The translations under genes were made by a program, and so were the position numbers. 64,000 nt of DNA from contig JAIOHL010000190.1 in the NCBI GenBank assembly GCA_019913005.1, forward strand, positions 4,732 through 68,731. Direction: 5' to 3'. Origin of the DNA: Anaerolineae bacterium (GTDB taxonomy: Bacteria > Chloroflexota > Anaerolineae > Aggregatilineales > J027). A model generated the notes under the pieces. The model had not been told where the DNA came from. It did not search any database and worked only from the letters and a program-made list of their open reading frames with translations. Positions 1-9,157 of this stretch are shown here, in pieces (the stretch's first letter is position 1; each line of letters starts with the position of its first letter).

Positions 1-74
1 GGATGTATCTCAAGCCGGGGGTCACATGGTTTCAAGTCATCCCGTTGGACTTTCAAGGCATGACCATCGAATAA
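1..74 (+). CDS. 3' end of a gene entering from the left edge, possibly DUF3048 (YerB-like) C-terminus
   Basis: Frame from nt 3 reads MYLKPGVTWFQVIPLDFQGMTIE*; LKPGxTW(F/I)xV(I/V)P resembles the DUF3048 C-terminal motif as I recall it. Confidence 0.5.
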   Translation, partial: MYLKPGVTWFQVIPLDFQGMTIE

Positions 75-105
75 GCGTTTGGGATAGTCAAGGTGTAAAG
101 GGTAT

Positions 106-918
106 ATGAAAAAAACGGCCTGCTTCATCGGATTGATTATCGTATTGTTGAGTGGTGGTCAGGTGGTCGCTCAAGCCGATGAACCGCCTGCTATCTGGCA
201 ACCCATCCCCGGCACGACATGGCAGTGGCAGCTAACCGGGGACATCAACACCGCATGGGAGGTCGAGATGTTTGACATTGACCTGTTTGATACCCCGCTA
301 GAAACCATTGACGAACTCCATGAAGCAGGCCGAATTGTGATTTGTTATTTCAGCGCAGGCAGTTTTGAAGATTGGCGACCCGATGCCAACCAATTCCCCG
401 AAAAGGTTTTGGGCAAAGACTTGGACGTCTGGCCCGGCGAACGCTGGTTGGATATTCGGCAAATTGAGGATTTAGCGCCCATCATGACGGCCCGTCTTGA
501 CCTTGCGGTTGAGAAACAATGTGATGGGGTCGAGCCGGATAACGTAGATGGCTATACCAACGAGACAGGTTTTCCATTGGACGGCGATGACCAATTGGCT
601 TATAACCTGTGGTTGGCGGAAGAAGCCCATCAACGAAATCTTTCTATCGGCCTTAAAAACGACCTCAATCAGATTGTTGATCTCGTAGAATCTTTTGATT
701 GGGCGCTGAATGAGCAGTGTTTTGAATATGATGAATGTGAACTGCTGCTGCCCTTTATTGAAGCAAATAAAGCGGTTTTTGGGGTGGAATATGTCGAGGA
801 GGGTGGTGATCCAAAAGATTACTGCCCCCTCGCTAATGAATTAGGCTTTTCATGGCTGACCAAACCCCTTGATTTAGGGGATGAGCCGCCGAGTGGATGT
901 TGGGAAGGAAATTTCTAA
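106..918 (+). CDS. Secreted endo-alpha-1,4-polygalactosaminidase (GH114-like)
   Basis: Signal peptide; motifs TWQWQL, ICYFSAGSFEDWRPD, CDGVEPDNVDGY, GLKND, NEQCFEYDEC. Confidence 0.85.
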   Translation: MKKTACFIGLIIVLLSGGQVVAQADEPPAIWQPIPGTTWQWQLTGDINTAWEVEMFDIDLFDTPLETIDELHEAGRIVICYFSAGSFEDWRPDANQFPEKVLGKDLDVWPGERWLDIRQIEDLAPIMTARLDLAVEKQCDGVEPDNVDGYTNETGFPLDGDDQLAYNLWLAEEAHQRNLSIGLKNDLNQIVDLVESFDWALNEQCFEYDECELLLPFIEANKAVFGVEYVEEGGDPKDYCPLANELGFSWLTKPLDLGDEPPSGCWEGNF

Positions 919-1626
919 TTGTCAGAGATACCCGTTATTCGGACAGCGCATTTATGTAAATCACTGCCTGTTGGGGGGCAGATGTTGGAGATTTTGAGGG
1001 ACATTACCCTTGATATTTGGCCCCAAGAGATGGTGGCGATTATCGGGCCATCGGGCAGCGGCAAAAGCACCTTGATGGGCCTGATGGGTGGTCTCGATTC
1101 AGCCACCAACGGCAAGATATATCTGAGGGGCGAGGACATTACCCTCTTGGGCGAACGTGCCCTGACTCGGATGCGAAATCAAAAAATCGGCTTTGTGTTC
1201 CAATATTTTAATCTTGTGCCAACCCTGAACGCGCTCGAAAATGTCATGCTGCCCCTGCAATATGCCCCTAATAGCCCTCGGCGGGGTCACAAAAAACGCG
1301 CTCAAGAATTATTGGAAATGCTAAATTTGGGTGAACGCATGAATCACAATGCGCGTCAGTTATCGGGTGGGGAGCAGCAGCGGGTAGCGATTGCACGGGC
1401 GCTGGCAAACAACCCCTCAATTTTGCTGTGCGATGAACCCACCGGGAATTTGGATCGGGCATCAACGGCGTTGGTAACAGAGGCCCTGTTTCAAGTGCGC
1501 GAAAATACCGGAACGACAGTGGTCGTGGTGACGCACAATCCCACATTGGCAAAACGCATGGATCGAATTATCGAACTTGTTGATGGGCAAATCGTACCCT
1601 CCCCTGCTACAATTGCCCCCCACTGA
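919..1626 (+). CDS. ABC transporter ATP-binding protein (LolD/MacB-like)
   Basis: Walker A GPSGSGKS, signature [26 protein letters not shown]; TTG start directly after upstream stop. Confidence 0.92.
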   Translation: MSEIPVIRTAHLCKSLPVGGQMLEILRDITLDIWPQEMVAIIGPSGSGKSTLMGLMGGLDSATNGKIYLRGEDITLLGERALTRMRNQKIGFVFQYFNLVPTLNALENVMLPLQYAPNSPRRGHKKRAQELLEMLNLGERMNHNARQLSGGEQQRVAIARALANNPSILLCDEPTGNLDRASTALVTEALFQVRENTGTTVVVVTHNPTLAKRMDRIIELVDGQIVPSPATIAPH

Positions 1627-1652
1627 ACTACTCATTATGAAAGATTGGTTGA

Positions 1653-2741
1653 ATGGAAACTGAAATTTTGACAAAGCCCACTGTTGAAGTGGATGAAAAG
1701 AAACTGAAACGCCAAAAACGCGCCCGCACAACCCTGCGAATCTTTGGCAGTATCTTTGAAAAACTCCTCACCCGCACGGTGGTGACAGGACTCGAAAATA
1801 TCCCTAAACAGGGGCCTGTCTTGTTTGGGCCAAATCATTTTTCGACCTATGACGCGCTTATTTTGATGATTCATCTGCCCAAAGAAGCCCAATTTGTTGG
1901 CCCCGGCGACTTTAAACTCCTGTGGCCCGCGAATCTGGTGGTCGAAAATTTGGGCCTGATTCTGACGGATCGCGGTTCGGTAGATCGTCACAGTCTTAAG
2001 CAGATGGAAGATGTGCTAAAAAATGGCGGGATGTTGGGCTTGTTCCCCGAAGGTGGCACATGGGAGAAAGGCATTCATGATGTCAAATCTGGTGCGGCTT
2101 ATCTTTCGATGGTGACGGGTGCAACGATTGTGCCGATGTCATTGGGGGGAACGTATTGGGCATGGGACAACATCCTACGTTTAAAGCGTCCCCGTATCAC
2201 GATTCATTTTGGTGAGCCGATTCCGCCGATTCAAACCAGCGGCAACCGCAAAACCCGCCAACAGGAGTTGCAGCAGGCCAGCGAAGATTTGATGGATCGC
2301 GTTTACGCCAAACTACCACCGGAAGATCAAAAACTATATGACGATGTGCCGCGCAAACGTTACCGTGCTGAACTAGAATTCATGCCGGATACGTTTAAGC
2401 CAGAAAGTGTTCCGCCTCTATCCGGTTTGACCGAACTCATCAGCAAGCCAAATTTGTTCTATCCAATGCACCGTAATGCGAAATTGCCCTGCCGTCCCTT
2501 TGTCCAGCGCAAAGGTCAATTTACCCCTGCCCGTGAATTTCAGGTAGCGGTGTTGGCTTTGCAAGAAGGGTTTAATACGATTTTTAAAGGCTATCTGGAA
2601 TATCGGCTGGGGGACGAAAAAGCCGCGCTTATTCGACGCGATTTTGAGGAATTTTTACCCTTAATCGAACAGGCGATTAAAGCCGATGTCGCCATCAAAT
2701 TTAAACCGATTGAATGGATGATCGAAGACGGACAGCAGTAG
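1653..2741 (+). CDS. Lysophospholipid acyltransferase (PlsC family) with C-terminal extension
   Basis: HX4D motif NHFSTYD, FPEGG, KSGAAYL. Confidence 0.85.
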   Translation: METEILTKPTVEVDEKKLKRQKRARTTLRIFGSIFEKLLTRTVVTGLENIPKQGPVLFGPNHFSTYDALILMIHLPKEAQFVGPGDFKLLWPANLVVENLGLILTDRGSVDRHSLKQMEDVLKNGGMLGLFPEGGTWEKGIHDVKSGAAYLSMVTGATIVPMSLGGTYWAWDNILRLKRPRITIHFGEPIPPIQTSGNRKTRQQELQQASEDLMDRVYAKLPPEDQKLYDDVPRKRYRAELEFMPDTFKPESVPPLSGLTELISKPNLFYPMHRNAKLPCRPFVQRKGQFTPAREFQVAVLALQEGFNTIFKGYLEYRLGDEKAALIRRDFEEFLPLIEQAIKADVAIKFKPIEWMIEDGQQ

Positions 2742-2757
2742 CAGGTTCAATAAAAAT

Positions 2758-2782
2758 AATGGGTGGTCAAAAGCCACCCATT
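2758..2782. terminator. Probable bidirectional intrinsic terminator
   Basis: AATGGGTGG...CCACCCATT inverted repeat between convergent genes. Confidence 0.7.
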
Positions 2783-2786
2783 TGAT

Positions 2787-3167
2787 TTATGCCCAAGCGT
2801 CGCGGTTATGCGAATTACGGCGGATTTGGCTGTTGGCAAGTGCCGACTGCCACGATTCATAAATGGGAATAACCAGATCAGCGCCGTTTAAATAGAGCGC
2901 CTCGTAGACATGCGGTTGGGGTTTTGCCAGCGACATTTGACCTCCCTGACCTGTTACCGTACCACATGCTTCCACTAAACATCCGATGGCATAGCTGGAG
3001 ACAAAATCCACCTCTGCCAAATCAATCACGATGTTGAGACCCGGATACTCCTGAATAATGCTCCACAAGATTGGTTCAATGCCCCGACAGCCCTGTGTAT
3101 CCAGCCGACCATCAATGACAATCACCGCACTCATACTGGAAACAGCATAGTGTTTGAGAGTAGCCAT
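2787..3167 (-). CDS. STAS-domain anti-sigma factor antagonist
   Basis: IDGRLD, IVIDLAEVDFVSSYAIGCL, GGQMSL pattern typical of SpoIIAA/RsbV. Confidence 0.8.
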   Translation of the reverse strand: MATLKHYAVSSMSAVIVIDGRLDTQGCRGIEPILWSIIQEYPGLNIVIDLAEVDFVSSYAIGCLVEACGTVTGQGGQMSLAKPQPHVYEALYLNGADLVIPIYESWQSALANSQIRRNSHNRDAWA

Positions 3168-3372
3168 ATACTTTCTGGATAAAGATAATTGCGGGTACCC
3201 GATAATAGTACCGTGTACCTATATCATACACGCATTTTTCAAAAATCCATCGGTGTATTACCATAGGACTGTCAGCAAATTGTCTAAAATTACCCTAAAG
3301 TCGGTATCTGGTAAGAGTCTGGCAGGTTTTGGGTGAAAGCCGCCTTACAGATTTTTGGTCTAGGAAAAGCTA

Positions 3373-3381
3373 TGCTATACT
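3373..3381 (+). promoter_or_regulatory. Extended -10 promoter, likely giving a leaderless mRNA
   Basis: TGcTATACT ends 7 nt before ATG 3389; no Shine-Dalgarno in between. Confidence 0.55.
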
Positions 3382-3388
3382 GACCACC

Positions 3389-3691
3389 ATGAATGACCAA
3401 CCACTGGATGCTGAGTTCGCCCAAAACGCCGTTCGCTGGCAGGCATGGTTGCAAAAACATGGCCTTGATGGATTGGCGGACGCCTTAGTGGGGGCAAGTG
3501 AACCCCTTGCACCAATTGGGGCACAGTTGCTGTATGTGGCACAACCCGCGCTCAGTTTGATAGCGCCGCGTCAAGCCATTGGTCGTTGGGCCAGATTACT
3601 CGAAACACCGGGGGGACTGGCATGGCTGCGCGAACAATTAATTCCCGGTGATGCGTTGACTATGAGAGCAGAAGATTCCGATGGCGAATGA
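3389..3691 (+). CDS. Hypothetical protein, first gene of the GlmL-like operon
   Basis: ORF overlaps the next gene; ATG 3389 preferred over TTG 3329. Confidence 0.7.
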   Translation: MNDQPLDAEFAQNAVRWQAWLQKHGLDGLADALVGASEPLAPIGAQLLYVAQPALSLIAPRQAIGRWARLLETPGGLAWLREQLIPGDALTMRAEDSDGE

Positions 3692-4430
3692 AAATACCTA
3701 TTTCTGGCTCATCATTACCCTCGCATTTGTGATGACCGTCTTAAGCGGGGCCATTTCAAATCGCCGCCGCCGATTACCCACGCTGCGCCCTATCCCGGGT
3801 TATGAAGCCATGCCTCGCGCGGTGGACGAATCCATTGAAAGTGACCGCCGTCTCCATCTCTCGCCGGGTTCAGCCGCAGTCGGTCAAACGAGTACCATTA
3901 CGGCCATTGCCGCGACCAGTATTATCTATGCCCTGACCGAACGCCAATCCTTTCTTAATCGTAGCCCTTTGGTAACACTCACCGATCCGGTGACGATGGC
4001 AATGACCAATGATATTCTGCGAAAGGCGTATATGGCACGCGAAAATCTGACCGCCTATCGCAGCCGTGTCGTGTCATGGTTCCCACAAGGACAAAATTCG
4101 GTGGCGTTTGGGGCTGGGGCTGCGATACGAGCAAAAAGTATGGATACTTCCAGCCATATCATGGTGGGTGAATTTGGTCCGGAATTAGCATTTATTGGCG
4201 AGGCAAGTATGCGCTTTCGGCAAAATTTTGTCGCGGCAAGTACCAATCTCGAAGGTCAGGCCATCGCCTATGTTCAATCGGATGCACCCCTGATTGGTGA
4301 GGAAATTTTTGTCGGCAGTGCCTATCTTGAGCCACAGAGCGCCACATTTGCCGGAGGCGTCGTTGCGTTGGATGCGCTCCGTTGGGCACTTATAATTGCC
4401 ATTATTATCGCGGCTATCGTGAACGCCTAA
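3681..4430 (+). CDS. Membrane-anchored conserved protein (DUF6754-like)
   Basis: N- and C-terminal TM helices; LRPIPGYEAM...DAPLIGEEIFVGSAYL recalled from DUF6754-type proteins. Confidence 0.6.
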   Translation: MANENTYFWLIITLAFVMTVLSGAISNRRRRLPTLRPIPGYEAMPRAVDESIESDRRLHLSPGSAAVGQTSTITAIAATSIIYALTERQSFLNRSPLVTLTDPVTMAMTNDILRKAYMARENLTAYRSRVVSWFPQGQNSVAFGAGAAIRAKSMDTSSHIMVGEFGPELAFIGEASMRFRQNFVAASTNLEGQAIAYVQSDAPLIGEEIFVGSAYLEPQSATFAGGVVALDALRWALIIAIIIAAIVNA

Positions 4431-4446
4431 TAAAGGAAAAACCGCT

Positions 4447-5127
4447 GTGCAGGCAGATCGGAAAACACGAAGACGACGGCGTTTGAAATTAGGAAATGCG
4501 GTGAATGCCACGCTGGTTTTGGCGTTGGGATTTACCACGATGGTTGGATTGATCTCCCCAGCCGATTCAACAGTGGGCCTAACTGCTGACATCTTTTTGC
4601 AATTGGCAGGGGTGTTGGCGGCGGTGGCGGTGTTGGTGGGGGTGTCGAATTTGCTGTTTGTACATCTAGGCCGGCTGCCCCGTGTGCGAAAAGGTGGTTT
4701 TTACAGCCTTGTGGTGATTCTATCGGCGGCGGCTGTCACGGCGGTGCATGTGCTTGACCGTACCGACGCATGGGGCGGTGATTTGGAGGGCGAAAAAGTT
4801 GGCCCCCGCTTGTTTGGCGTAATACAGGTCACACTGGAATCAGCCCTTGCCGGGTTAGTGTTCTTTTTCCTTGTTTATGCCGCTTATCGGTTGATGCGCC
4901 ATCGTGTGACATGGGCCAATTTGGTCTTCCTTGCTGCCGTGTTGATTGTGCTGGTTGGCTGGCTGCCTCTCAAGGATTGGGAAGGCGCAGGCGATGTGCG
5001 GGATTGGTTGATGGAAATTCCGGTTACAGCGGGGTCACGCGGCCTGCTGATCGGGATTGGACTGGGAACGGTGACGGTTGGTGTGCGTGTTTTACTAGGT
5101 CGGGAGCGAGCGTACCGTGAGCCATAA
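4447..5127 (+). CDS. Polytopic membrane protein of unknown function
   Basis: About 6 hydrophobic segments; ends RGLLIGIGLG...RVLLGRERAY. Confidence 0.75.
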   Translation: MQADRKTRRRRRLKLGNAVNATLVLALGFTTMVGLISPADSTVGLTADIFLQLAGVLAAVAVLVGVSNLLFVHLGRLPRVRKGGFYSLVVILSAAAVTAVHVLDRTDAWGGDLEGEKVGPRLFGVIQVTLESALAGLVFFFLVYAAYRLMRHRVTWANLVFLAAVLIVLVGWLPLKDWEGAGDVRDWLMEIPVTAGSRGLLIGIGLGTVTVGVRVLLGRERAYREP

Positions 5128-5163
5128 ACTTTATGTGCCATCGGGACGACGGGAGTTATTGTC

Positions 5164-8100
5164 ATGAACGACGACCAAAACTTTAATTTTGATGATATGC
5201 CAGAGCCAAACTTTGGTACCGGTTGGCTCGATAGCAACAAGCTGCCGCCGCAGGATGAGGACAAGACCTCTCTGCCAGATTGGTTAAGTTCGGCTCCGCT
5301 GTTGCAAGATGAGTCGCAATCGTCTGCCGAAACGCCATCGGGTGCTTCCGTACCTGATTGGCTAAGTCAGACGGAATCGGATGATTTTGGCAGCACCTTT
5401 GTAGAAGAACCTGCCCAACGTAGCCCCCTTTCGACTGATGCTCTGCCAGATTGGATATCCAGCAGCGAGGCACCGGAAGAACCCAGTTTCGATTTTGAAG
5501 AACCACCCCTGTTAATTGACGAAGAGCCGGAAGTTGAAGAGAAGCCCACACCCTCGTTGGGGTTAAAGCGGCTGAGTCAGACCGCCCCGGCGGTGCAACC
5601 ACCTGAACAACCTGCTGCTCCACGTCCGGTATCTAGGCCACCAGAGCCACCGCCACCGCCCCAAATTCGCAAATTGGGGCAAAAACGGGAGTCTCAATCC
5701 CTCTCACCGGATGAGATGACATTTGACGAATGGGAACGCCAGCAACATCAAAAGGAATATGAGCAGGTACATGCCGAAGATATTGCCATGACCGAGGCTG
5801 TGCCGGATTGGTTTGTGGATAATGTCGAAATCGGTACTGCCGACAAGGACATCGCTTCTTTAGTGCTGGACTTGGAAGAAGAGGAAGTACCCTATATTCC
5901 TGAAGTGCCTCCACCTACCACTACTGGGTCACTGACCAACTACGTGCCGGATTGGTTTATGGGGTTGGAGGAACAAAATCTTGAAAACGCACCGGAGTGG
6001 GCACGGACTGTTGGGACAGATGACCTAAGTTTTGAAACATTGGTGGATGCCTCAGCTTTTGCACCACCTGAACCCGAACCGGAGCCTCAGCCCGAACTGC
6101 CCACCGCCCCAACTTTTGATGATGATGTACCCGATTGGTTCAAAGGGGTTACCACTCCATCTGCTGAGACAGGCGGGGCAGATGACTGGATGTCGGCTCT
6201 CGATTCGGCCTTAGCTGCCTCGGCAGAAGCACAGATGCCGACCACGAGCCAAGATGAAACCGATCTTGCCGCTGATATGACATTCGAGCAACCAGATTGG
6301 TTTGAACCGTCTGCCGAGACATCACCGGATGCTATGCAGACTTTTGGTGAACCGGATTGGTTTCCAATTGAGCAATCGTCAGAGGCAATGCAGGGGTTTG
6401 TTGAGACACCTGATCAGGAAGCAGGGTTCGAGCCGAGTTTCGATGAACCCGATTGGATGGCGGATGTAGCCCCAGTTGGAGCGCCGGAAACCGAGCAACC
6501 CGCACCTGTCGAAGATTTGTTTACTCTTGAGTCCCCCGCCCCCGAAGAAGACTTTTTTGCCACGATGATGGGGGCTGAGGCCGACACCTTTGCCGAAATG
6601 ATGCAAGAGGGTGAAGAAGAATTCGCATGGGATGAAGCCCCGGCGAGTTTGTTTGGAGAAGGTGGTGCTGCGACTAATCTGTTCGCACAACCTGCGGTTG
6701 AGGATGATAGCCCTGATTGGCTGCGTGAATATGAGGCCCCCGACGAACTCCCCGTCCTACAAGTGCCAGAAGAGCCGACAGTCCTGCTGTCCCGTGAGCA
6801 AGAGACTGCCCCGGAATGGCTAGGGGATATTTCAGGGGTAGATTTTGCGGGCGCGGATGATTTATTTGCGGACGTTCCCGGCAGCAAGCCCCCAGCTTTT
6901 AGCGACCAAGACCTAAAAGCGGTTTCCAGCGGCACGAGCATTGATGACCTGTTGGGTCTGTCCAAAGAATCCAATCTACCAGTAGTCGCAGGGTCAAAGG
7001 GCCTTGTTCCAGTACGCGGCAAGACGCCTACTGAAGAAGTCATGACCAGTGATCTTTTTGAGGGCATTGATGATGAACTGCTCAAGGCGTTGGATGATGC
7101 CTCTCCCAAAGCACCCCCCAAGTCTACGACGTCTGAAACTGAAGCCGTCAAAGAAGCGGTTGTCGCGGATCGCCCCGAGTGGATTGCGGATTTGCGGCCT
7201 GATGTCCCGGTCACGCTAAGTGCGGGTGGAATTAGCATCGCATTTGAGCAGCAGCGTATCAGCGATTTGCCGGACGACCTGCGACGGCTGCGTGAGAAAT
7301 CCGTTGATGTATTGAAGACCGAAGCAGGGGCCTCAGCGCAAATCTCCGACAGTGGCCCATTAGCAGGGGTAACAGGCGGATTGGGGATTGCTCCCCAAGC
7401 AACCGCCCCCGGTGAGCTAAATATGGTGACCCAATTAAGCGTCACGGATTATCAAGCCGAACGGGTTGCGCTGTTGGAAGGCATTTTGGAACTGACCGAA
7501 CAGCGGCGGCGAGCACTGGGCTTGGATGAAGACGAAGAACTGGAAGTCGCAGCAGCGGCACCATCGAAGAAACGTAAACGTACCCGCCCACATTTTGACC
7601 GTTTCCTAATTTCGATTATTTTATTGGCGGCGCTGATTGGCCCATTTTTGAGTGATGCCCTCCATGTGGCCGAAGAAGCCGACAGTAGCGGATTTACGGT
7701 GCGCCAGTCTGCTGTGCCGAAGGCAGTGAATACTATTCAACCGGGGCAGTATGTGTTGATGGCGTTTGAATATGGCCCAACCGCAGCGGGTGAATTAAAC
7801 CCGCTAGCCGAGGCTGTGCTGCGGGATATTTTAAGCCATCGTGGGATACCGATTATTCTCAGCACCAATCCACTTGGAGCGATCAATGCACGCGGGGTAG
7901 TGGAAGACCTCGCCGATGATCCGGCCCTGCTGGATGCTGTCGAACGTGATGAGCCATTGGAAACCCGCGAAGATTATTTTCTTCTGCGTTATGTCTCTGG
8001 CGGGGCGATTGGGATTCGCGGCCTGACACGCAATGAACAGGTCGGCGCGACGATTTTTGCCACTGATGCCGAGGGCGAAAAAACGGGTTTGGAATTTGAC

Positions 8101-8481
8101 ACCCTCGACGCTACTGACTTCGCACTGGTGGTTGTGATTGGCGAACGGGCGGATGATATTCGTAACTGGGCCGAACAATTTGACGTGCCGGGACTGCCCA
8201 AATATGCCTTAATGACCGCCGGAGCTGAACCGCTGGCAACGGCCTATGTTAATGGTATAGGCTATCAGGGTTATCTGGCGGGGTATCGGGACACTTATCG
8301 GTATAATCAACTGCGCAATACCCGGACTCGTGAGGTGTTTGAAGCCCCGGATGATATAGATATTCCCGACCCCGAAATTTCACAATGGCATAGCATGGCG
8401 CTGGGGGCGATGGTCGCCAGTGCATTGATTGGATTAGGTGTGGTCTTTAATCTGCTTCGCGGCCTACGGAGGCGGCGTTGA
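5164..8481 (+). CDS. Large protein: long acidic region with PDW/PEW motifs, TM helix, globular domain, C-terminal TM
   Basis: 1105-aa ORF; D/E/P-rich N-terminal region; KKRKRTR before a TM helix; domain containing AFEYGPTAAGELNP; ends TM + RRRR. Confidence 0.8.
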   Translation: MNDDQNFNFDDMPEPNFGTGWLDSNKLPPQDEDKTSLPDWLSSAPLLQDESQSSAETPSGASVPDWLSQTESDDFGSTFVEEPAQRSPLSTDALPDWISSSEAPEEPSFDFEEPPLLIDEEPEVEEKPTPSLGLKRLSQTAPAVQPPEQPAAPRPVSRPPEPPPPPQIRKLGQKRESQSLSPDEMTFDEWERQQHQKEYEQVHAEDIAMTEAVPDWFVDNVEIGTADKDIASLVLDLEEEEVPYIPEVPPPTTTGSLTNYVPDWFMGLEEQNLENAPEWARTVGTDDLSFETLVDASAFAPPEPEPEPQPELPTAPTFDDDVPDWFKGVTTPSAETGGADDWMSALDSALAASAEAQMPTTSQDETDLAADMTFEQPDWFEPSAETSPDAMQTFGEPDWFPIEQSSEAMQGFVETPDQEAGFEPSFDEPDWMADVAPVGAPETEQPAPVEDLFTLESPAPEEDFFATMMGAEADTFAEMMQEGEEEFAWDEAPASLFGEGGAATNLFAQPAVEDDSPDWLREYEAPDELPVLQVPEEPTVLLSREQETAPEWLGDISGVDFAGADDLFADVPGSKPPAFSDQDLKAVSSGTSIDDLLGLSKESNLPVVAGSKGLVPVRGKTPTEEVMTSDLFEGIDDELLKALDDASPKAPPKSTTSETEAVKEAVVADRPEWIADLRPDVPVTLSAGGISIAFEQQRISDLPDDLRRLREKSVDVLKTEAGASAQISDSGPLAGVTGGLGIAPQATAPGELNMVTQLSVTDYQAERVALLEGILELTEQRRRALGLDEDEELEVAAAAPSKKRKRTRPHFDRFLISIILLAALIGPFLSDALHVAEEADSSGFTVRQSAVPKAVNTIQPGQYVLMAFEYGPTAAGELNPLAEAVLRDILSHRGIPIILSTNPLGAINARGVVEDLADDPALLDAVERDEPLETREDYFLLRYVSGGAIGIRGLTRNEQVGATIFATDAEGEKTGLEFDTLDATDFALVVVIGERADDIRNWAEQFDVPGLPKYALMTAGAEPLATAYVNGIGYQGYLAGYRDTYRYNQLRNTRTREVFEAPDDIDIPDPEISQWHSMALGAMVASALIGLGVVFNLLRGLRRRR

Positions 8482-9152
8482 TGACGGTAGAAAACCTTGA
8501 CCTTATTGCAGGATGGGCCGGATTGGTGCTGACGCTGATGGTGTTCAGCTATTTACTGGCGGATAATTTTCTCTATCGTATCGCGGTGCATGTGTTGATT
8601 GGCACGGCGGCGGCGTACATCGCAATTGCGGCGGTAGAAGAGGTGCTGCTGCCGTGGCTGCGAGCGACGGTGTTTAGCGATGACGCTGAAACCTCTGCCA
8701 GCATTCGTGCGTTGGGGATACTACCGATTTTCTTAGGAGCATTGCTGCTGCTCAAAGCCTCACCACGATTTGCACGGATGGGCAATTTCGGCACAGTCTT
8801 TATGATCGGAATCGGCACAGGCGTGGCGTTGGTCGGCGCGGTGATTGGCACAGTCCTGCCCCTCGCCCGCGATGCCAGCAACAGCTTTGACCACGAATCG
8901 GTTTTAAATGGCGCGGTTCTGCTGGTTGGTACGCTTTGCACACTGGTTTATTTCCAATATCTCAGCCGCCGTCGCAGTGATGGTGAACCTGTCAACCGGG
9001 TGCATATTCGAACATTGCGTTTTGTTGGTCAGGGATTTGTCACCCTTACCCTCGGCGCATTATATGCCAGTGCCATTTTGACCAGCCTTTCCATTTTTAG
9101 CTCGGTCATCCAAGATCAACTCCGATTTATTCTGGATCAACTAGGAGGGTAG
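8478..9152 (+). CDS. Polytopic membrane protein of unknown function
   Basis: LTLMVFSYLLADNFLYRIA...; about 6 TM segments; overlaps upstream stop. Confidence 0.75.
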   Translation: MMTVENLDLIAGWAGLVLTLMVFSYLLADNFLYRIAVHVLIGTAAAYIAIAAVEEVLLPWLRATVFSDDAETSASIRALGILPIFLGALLLLKASPRFARMGNFGTVFMIGIGTGVALVGAVIGTVLPLARDASNSFDHESVLNGAVLLVGTLCTLVYFQYLSRRRSDGEPVNRVHIRTLRFVGQGFVTLTLGALYASAILTSLSIFSSVIQDQLRFILDQLGG

Positions 9153-9157
9153 CCGCT

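Noticed and set aside
6414-7445. 343-aa antisense ORF (and similar ones at 20804-21829, 10865-11632, 30409-31095, 34271-34969)
   Set aside because: Shadow ORFs opposite well-supported genes, with biased composition and no motifs
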